A stretch of 64,000 nucleotides of DNA from a virus, in IMG/VR virus record IMGVR_UViG_3300029448_000014, positions 1 through 64,000 of that record, one strand, 5' to 3'. The translations under genes and the position numbers were made by a program. Positions within the stretch are counted from its first letter, which is position 1; the number at the start of each line of letters is the position of its first letter. Under the pieces are notes generated by a model, which did no database searches, was not told the origin of the DNA, and saw only the letters and a list, made by a program, of their open reading frames with translations. Below, one piece after another: positions 58,519 to 64,000 of the stretch.

Positions 58519-59050
58519 TTCTTACCTCAGTCAGATTTCTGACGTAAGTCTTGAAGTACTTGAGCACTTTGGGTCCGAAGCACCAGCTCTACTCAATAAC
58601 TATGCCTGTGCTGTAGAAGATGCACTAATTGAACAGGTTGGCCGTAACGGCACAATGAACCTGATGCTTGATGCAGCTTCAGAAGAACGTGCAGCAATGA
58701 ATATCATGCTGACCAATCCTGATGTTTTGTCTGATTACGTCAATGGCTTCTTTGGTCAAGAAGGTCCTTATCCAGTTCCGACTGCTGCTGAAACAGCCGC
58801 AATTAACGAGCAACAGGCACGTGAACAGTTTGCACAAGAAATTGCTCAACAGGAAGAGCGTGGAGTTCCTACAAACTTCCAACGCCCTGTAATGGATATG
58901 CCTACACCAGGTCGTCAACAAAGCGCATCCACCTCCTTCTGGGGTGACTTCAGCGCTCTGATGGATAACAACCCTGAAAACGCATGGCAGTACCTTTCCG
59001 GTGCACCTGCTCAGGCTTTCCAAAGCAAAATGCTTGTCCAAGACTACTGA
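58016..59050 (+). CDS. putative capsid scaffolding protein
   Basis: SD AAGGAG 10 nt before the GTG; Q/A/P-rich N-half and helical C-half. Confidence 0.65.
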   Translation: MESTSPMMASNAPTSSATPTVSAPSLASQPGMSAPSSYQAAPQVTPQAPTGYQPMAAQQASAAPAAAANPWQEAFQALSASLNTPQASPAPASYSAYQTPTAQSNTQASWGYQPQQELVSQAQQTYAPQASTQGYSAQELSQIQQLVSQQQQAAQAQYLSQGASDPSDSYLSQISDVSLEVLEHFGSEAPALLNNYACAVEDALIEQVGRNGTMNLMLDAASEERAAMNIMLTNPDVLSDYVNGFFGQEGPYPVPTAAETAAINEQQAREQFAQEIAQQEERGVPTNFQRPVMDMPTPGRQQSASTSFWGDFSALMDNNPENAWQYLSGAPAQAFQSKMLVQDY

Positions 59051-59061
59051 TAAATAACTGT

Positions 59062-59094
59062 AGGGGGGTTACTTAAAGTAGTCCCCTTTCCTTT
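59062..59094 (+). terminator. intrinsic terminator
   Basis: AGGGGGGTTAC-TTAAA-GTAGTCCCCT-TTCCTTT. Confidence 0.6.
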
Positions 59095-59157
59095 AATAAG
59101 ACAAATCCTTATTTAAAGATATGTTATTACAATAGAACTATAGATTGTTGATTAAAA

Positions 59158-59985
59158 ATGGCACAACGTATTTCTCAATTACCAAGTGAAGCTATTCCTT
59201 TTGCACAGGAAGCTCTGCCTTATTCCTCAGTAGCACAAGGCATTGGTGCAATGACTTTGCCTAATGTAGGTATGAAGAATATTCAAGACGGTGGAGCCTA
59301 TACAAAGTTGCAAGTTAACCCTCAAGGTCAACGTATGCAACAGCAGCAAATGCAAGAAGTACAGCAGAATGCCCTTGCACAACAAGGACAGATGGCAGCA
59401 GCGGCATCAGGTCTAGTAGATAAAGCGTTACTAGAGCAAAGTAATGCAGATTATAAAGCTCAGATTGGAATGAACAGCTATATTGCAAACATTATGGATT
59501 TAACTGATAGTGGTATGGCAACAAGAGAAATGGGTAATCCCGTGTTGTTTGACAAACGTATGAATGATATTGCTGTTAATCGTGCAATAGCTTCAATGCA
59601 AGCGGCAGAACTTGGACAACTTCAAGCAGAGGCTGGACGCTACAGTTAAAGAATTTATTAGAATATACAGATAGGTGTATAGACGGTAAAACTTGTGCGA
59701 TTAGCTGGTCAAAATGCAGATGCAAATCCAGAAGTATTCCAAACTATATGGAAGCATCTGAGGACTGATGGTGTGCCTGATCAGGCTGCTAATCAGATGA
59801 CAGCTGAGATGCTGACACATGGAGAAGACTTTGAGAGCTCAGTAGAGAAGTATCAACAATACGAAGACAACTATAAGTCAAAAGGTTTTAACGAGCATGC
59901 TGCACAAGCAATGGCCGTTGAAGCATTAGAGGGAAGAGAAGAGGCACCTTCAGAATCAATTAGGTTTGCAAGGATTAATTTTTAG
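59158..59985 (+). CDS. two hypothetical proteins (59158-59649, 59695-59985)
   Basis: Each has an upstream TACAAT/TAGAAT box. Confidence 0.65.
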
Positions 59986-59987
59986 TG

Positions 59988-60017
59988 TTGACAATAGTAA
60001 GAATTAGGGGCTATAGT
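59988..60017 (+). promoter_or_regulatory. sigma70-type promoter of the sigma gene
   Basis: TTGACA-N18-TATAGT. Confidence 0.65.
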
Positions 60018-60040
60018 TAGTACATAGGCGAGTCATTTAT

Positions 60041-60982
60041 ATGTCAAACATAAAACTATCAGGGGACTCAGTTCGTTCATACTTGCGTGATATTGGGCGG
60101 ATTCCACTGCTAGAGCATGAAGAAGAAATCTTGCTAGGACGCAAGGTCCAACGACTGATGGAGATAAAAGAGATTGAAAAAGAAATGGTGATTAAGGATC
60201 AAGATGATTTGGCTAGGATCCTTGGTATTGGCAATAAGGAACTGAAACGTCAACTGAGAGAGGGTGAAAAGGCAAAAGAAAAAATGGTGACTGCAAACCT
60301 AAGGTTGGTTGTCAGTGTTGCCAAGAAATATACCAAACGCAATATGGAGCTATTAGACATAATTCAGGAAGGGACAATTGGCCTCGTTCGTGGGGTTGAG
60401 AAATTTGATCCTGGTCGTGGCTATAAATTCAGCACTTATGCTTACTGGTGGATTCGACAAGGAATTACAAGAGCTATTGCAGAAAAATCACGAGCTATAC
60501 GGTTGCCAATTCATGTAACAGAGAACCTCAATAAACTCAAGAAAGCTCAGCGTGAATTAAGTCAAATTAATGGAGAAATGCCAACGGTTTATCAAGTTGC
60601 TGAGTACCTCGACTATTCAGTTGATGAGATCAAAGATCTTATGTGTAAGGCACGTCAACCTACGTCACTTGAAATTAAAATTGGTGAAAACCGAGATACA
60701 GCATTAATTGATCTGCTTGAAGATGAGACGCAGCTACCGGAGATGTTGATGGAGCGCCAAGCGATCAAAGAGGATATGAGAGCAGTAATTTCCGAATTAC
60801 CTGAAATGCAAGCTGCCGTTATCAGGATGAGATACGGTATCGGGGAGGAAGTGTTTGAGCCAATGTCAATGACTGCAATTGGCCAAGTGCTTAATATGAG
60901 CCGTGACCGGGTGCGGACTCTAGAAAATAAAGCTCTTAAATTTATACGTGAGTGTCCTGATACGTTAATTGCACATCTTTAA
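60041..60982 (+). CDS. rpoD: RpoD/group 2-like RNA polymerase sigma factor
   Basis: DSVRSYLRDIGRIPLL, ANLRLVVSVAKKY, GYKFSTYAYWWIRQGITRAIA and a region 4 HTH. Confidence 0.95.
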   Translation: MSNIKLSGDSVRSYLRDIGRIPLLEHEEEILLGRKVQRLMEIKEIEKEMVIKDQDDLARILGIGNKELKRQLREGEKAKEKMVTANLRLVVSVAKKYTKRNMELLDIIQEGTIGLVRGVEKFDPGRGYKFSTYAYWWIRQGITRAIAEKSRAIRLPIHVTENLNKLKKAQRELSQINGEMPTVYQVAEYLDYSVDEIKDLMCKARQPTSLEIKIGENRDTALIDLLEDETQLPEMLMERQAIKEDMRAVISELPEMQAAVIRMRYGIGEEVFEPMSMTAIGQVLNMSRDRVRTLENKALKFIRECPDTLIAHL

Positions 60983-61011
60983 TACAATAGAAAAAACAGC
61001 ATATATGGCAA

Positions 61012-61704
61012 ATGAATGTCACCAAAGAGATAAACAATAATTATATTGTTTATGGTGCAAGTGAGTACACTGCAAGCAAGGGACTTTCGGCCAGTAAACA
61101 GCTTAACTACGCCGCTGGTCCATCACTTACTAATCCTGAAAAACAGACGGTAAGTGTTATTCCGCATACGTTTAAGTATAAGGATAGTGTTGGCTTGATG
61201 GGGGCTGAAAACTATTTTACGAAGGTAATCCTTACTATTGCCGGTGATATTGTCAGATCTTGCTTTGAAGAAGAATATTGGTCATGTGCCAAAATAACAC
61301 CTGGAAGTGATGCATTAGATCCAAACTATAGTGGTGGAATTGTTGATTTCGGTAGTTTTGCAACTGTAAATACTTACGTTGAAGCTGTTGCCGCTGAGGA
61401 CAGTTTACCTTTTCTGCCAGGAGCAAGAGGGTTTCTTAGTGTTGATCTAAGCAACCTTAAGACTGGTAATGCATATGTAGATAAAGATCTAGATGTTCGT
61501 TTATACACAATGGATAGGGAAGAACATCCATTTGACAAAATGTATTTACAAGCCAATGATTATTTTTACATTGGCTTTCATGCACGAAATACTAAAAGGA
61601 TAAATTATGACATTGAATGCACGATTGGGACTGAACTCAGAAGCTATGATTCGATCGCGGATAAAACACTAATTATGAGGAAGATAAACTCAGGCTGTTA
61701 TTAG
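61012..61704 (+). CDS. putative structural protein
   Basis: 230 aa, beta-rich. Confidence 0.65.
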   Translation: MNVTKEINNNYIVYGASEYTASKGLSASKQLNYAAGPSLTNPEKQTVSVIPHTFKYKDSVGLMGAENYFTKVILTIAGDIVRSCFEEEYWSCAKITPGSDALDPNYSGGIVDFGSFATVNTYVEAVAAEDSLPFLPGARGFLSVDLSNLKTGNAYVDKDLDVRLYTMDREEHPFDKMYLQANDYFYIGFHARNTKRINYDIECTIGTELRSYDSIADKTLIMRKINSGCY

Positions 61705-62387
61705 TCACTGTCTTCGTCGATCTCTACTGCTACTACACGGTATCCAGAAGGTGAAGCGTCACTCTCAGATATATCGTCAGATGAGATAGTACAGGTCACA
61801 CCAACGCTTGATGAACCAAGTACAACTTCCACTGTTTTGTTAGTGGTTTTTCCAGAAAAAGTGGCATTGCCAGTAAGAGTCCATTGATAGGTTAATTGTG
61901 ATGCATTACCATCATTTGAAGCAGTAAAGGTACAAACATCACCTTCCTTACCTGAGGAAGGACCACTTACATTAACTACACCAATTGACTTTGTTGTTGG
62001 ACGAACTGCTGCAGTTGGTGGAGTTACAGTCATAATTTTTCCGCCACTAATTTTGGGAAATACATAATGCTCAATGATCTGCTTATCTTCTGTAAACAGG
62101 GCTGCTCTAGCTACGCCATTACAGATATAGAAGTTAAAGTTAAAATTTCCGTCATGATCGATACGAATAGTTGACAGAGAACTTGCATCAATTGCTAACA
62201 GTACCGAATTTCCATCAACAGTAACTTTAAAAAGTGCGCAAGATGCATATTGAACACTACCCGCATTGACAGCCCACCACTTTTTAATAGGAAACTCAGT
62301 CCCACTCCTTGGACGTTGCAGCTTCATTTCTGTACCAGTATGCTTTTTAACTTCTTTAAAGCCTTTAAGCACAAGACTATCAGCCAT
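61701..62387 (-). CDS. protein with a C-terminal Ig/PKD-like domain
   Basis: VSGP.....GD..TFTA.......LTYQWT. Confidence 0.7.
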   Translation of the reverse strand: MADSLVLKGFKEVKKHTGTEMKLQRPRSGTEFPIKKWWAVNAGSVQYASCALFKVTVDGNSVLLAIDASSLSTIRIDHDGNFNFNFYICNGVARAALFTEDKQIIEHYVFPKISGGKIMTVTPPTAAVRPTTKSIGVVNVSGPSSGKEGDVCTFTASNDGNASQLTYQWTLTGNATFSGKTTNKTVEVVLGSSSVGVTCTISSDDISESDASPSGYRVVAVEIDEDSD

Positions 62388-62392
62388 CAGAT

Positions 62393-62764
62393 TTACATAT
62401 AACTTTCTTCTATTTTAGTCCATTTAAGATTGTCTATAGTGTTATTTAATTTATCACCATCAATATGCTTAATTCTGCTGCTTGTCCTATATTTACCGAG
62501 AGGTGTTGGTGGTGATTCAAGAAATGCCAAGGCGACTAACTTATGAACCGCAACTGTTATTGTTTGTTTGCGTCCTATACGTTGAGTTAGATTGACTTGT
62601 GAATAACCATTCTTATTTCTTCGAGCTTTAAGGATACGTTCAACAATTCCCTTGGTACTTTTGACTTCTCCTAAACAGTTCACATAGTACTCAATACAAC
62701 ACTCAAAGCCTGGCAGTAAATGTATCGGCTTCCAAACACTGTCATCTATAAATTCCATTACCAT
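62393..62764 (-). CDS. NUMOD4-HNH homing endonuclease-like protein
   Basis: WKPI...YYV...GEVKS, VHKLVA.AF and HIDGDKLNN...NL.W. Confidence 0.85.
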   Translation of the reverse strand: MVMEFIDDSVWKPIHLLPGFECCIEYYVNCLGEVKSTKGIVERILKARRNKNGYSQVNLTQRIGRKQTITVAVHKLVALAFLESPPTPLGKYRTSSRIKHIDGDKLNNTIDNLKWTKIEESYM

Positions 62765-62870
62765 AATATTTTGGGGTTCTATTAATAAATACTAGCAATT
62801 ATTATTAATATCTAATTATGTGGCTAAGTCGAAGTCACTTATATAACTATTAGTTTGGAGTTACGATCCT

Positions 62871-64000
62871 ATGTGGATTGATAATGACTTTCCCAAACTT
62901 CTTGGTGCAGAACTTTACCGTCCTCATCCTGCTTACATCATTGAGATGGCAGTTGAGCCAGTAGTCGTACACGATTTCTCAAAGCAGCCCGGCCAGACCG
63001 TTCAGCTTGATCGTTACCGCTTCTGGGGTAAGCCTGGCACTAAGGAGTCCCGTGAGCGCACAGCCGACCAAACCCTCGGTACCGCTTCCGCCCGCAATAT
63101 TGTCAAGGACAAAGTGCTTGTCACTCTGCGTGAATACACCGGCCCCGCCGATACTCGCGACAGCGCACAGCCTTCTACTTTCAAGGTTGCTCGTGAAACC
63201 CTGATCACTGCTCAGCGTCTTCTACTTGACACTGGCAATCTCAACGTCTTCCACCAGTCGATTGGAAGCTTGACCCTTTTGGATGATTACCGCCGCTGGC
63301 GCGATCGCGTCTTCGCGAACGAACTGCTTAAAGCAGAAGCTGCCGGTCAAGCATCTAAAGAACAAGGCGGCTACTACCTTCCCGGTGGTAAAGCCAAAGG
63401 TGGTTCAGGTGGCACCCTAGGTGTTACTTACGCTGCTGGCGAATCTGCCAAGTTTGACATCACAACTGACCTTCTTGAAGTTGTAAAGGACATGCGTAAG
63501 CGCAACGTCCCAACCTTCTCAGATGGTTACTACCGCTGCATCGTGGACCCCACGGCAATGATGCACTTGCGCCAGAACAACGACTTCCGCGAGATTGCTC
63601 GTTATCCCGGCACAGGCATGATCAACCCCATGCAGCCAAACCAGGCACCCAACGCTAATTTCTACCAAGGAATGGGTCCTGCTTATGGACAAGCCGGCTT
63701 TGTTGCTGGTCAGCCCGTAATGCCAACTGGCTTCCTCTTCGAGGGCGTCCGCTGGTTCGAGTCCACCAACCTGCCTGAAACTTCATACAACCTTATTGTT
63801 ACTGACCAAGCCAGTGGCGCAGCTGATTACAGCGCTAGCCAGCTGATCTTCTTCGGTCCTCAAGCTGTAGGCGTTGGCATCGGTGGTAATAACGCTCAGA
63901 TTCTTCTCAACAACAATGATGATTTCTCACGTTTCATCATTATGATTTGGAGTCTGTTCGCCGGTTTTGAAACCCTGAATAAGGATTTCATCACGGTTGG
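62871..64000 (+). CDS. major capsid protein, partial (runs off the window; not in the ORF track)
   Basis: SD GGAG; MWIDNDFPKLLGAELYRPHP...PGQTVQLDRY...; GVRWFESTN; strong codon bias; open to the end. Confidence 0.85.
   Translation, partial: MWIDNDFPKLLGAELYRPHPAYIIEMAVEPVVVHDFSKQPGQTVQLDRYRFWGKPGTKESRERTADQTLGTASARNIVKDKVLVTLREYTGPADTRDSAQPSTFKVARETLITAQRLLLDTGNLNVFHQSIGSLTLLDDYRRWRDRVFANELLKAEAAGQASKEQGGYYLPGGKAKGGSGGTLGVTYAAGESAKFDITTDLLEVVKDMRKRNVPTFSDGYYRCIVDPTAMMHLRQNNDFREIARYPGTGMINPMQPNQAPNANFYQGMGPAYGQAGFVAGQPVMPTGFLFEGVRWFESTNLPETSYNLIVTDQASGAADYSASQLIFFGPQAVGVGIGGNNAQILLNNNDDFSRFIIMIWSLFAGFETLNKDFITV

Noticed and set aside
63007-63208. Short ORFs listed over the last kilobase
   Set aside because: They are shadows of the major capsid gene that starts at 62871 and runs off the window.
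63301-63308. HIP1 octamer GCGATCGC
   Set aside because: Only one occurrence noticed, so there is no enrichment.
1-64000. Stop-codon reassignment, diversity-generating retroelement or retron
   Set aside because: Conserved genes translate intact with the standard code, and no reverse transcriptase or TR/VR pair was seen.

Overview
The window is a 64 kb segment of a dsDNA tailed cyanophage, most likely infecting marine Synechococcus: it carries psbA, hli, an S-type phycobiliprotein lyase, an NblA-like gene, and a DUF4278 gene behind a glutamine riboswitch. Layout: (i) 1-9 kb, end of a tail/surface gene, lyase, tyrosine recombinase with a tRNA-Ser-like attP, and lysis-type and accessory genes; (ii) 9-24 kb, a minus-strand replication and nucleotide module (split family A polymerase, primase-VapE helicase, exonuclease, SSB-like proteins, thyX, class I RNR, MazG-like protein, IF-1); (iii) 24-40.6 kb, small minus-strand early genes, hli, psbA with an EndoVII-type endonuclease, and a tRNA-like gene; (iv) 41.4-64 kb, a plus-strand virion module (internal proteins, terminase, portal, scaffold, RpoD-like sigma factor, and a major capsid gene truncated by the window end). 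The main unexplained signals are: about 19 copies of a covarying CCGGN-TAAY-N'CCGG hairpin that separates early genes into cassettes; three dispersed ~115 bp inverted-iteron elements resembling origins; four neighbouring intact genes whose enzyme folds have lost their catalytic residues; a probable -1 frameshift in a holin-like gene; and short motifs shared by unrelated virion-type proteins. All family calls come from motif recognition by eye; no database searches were run.
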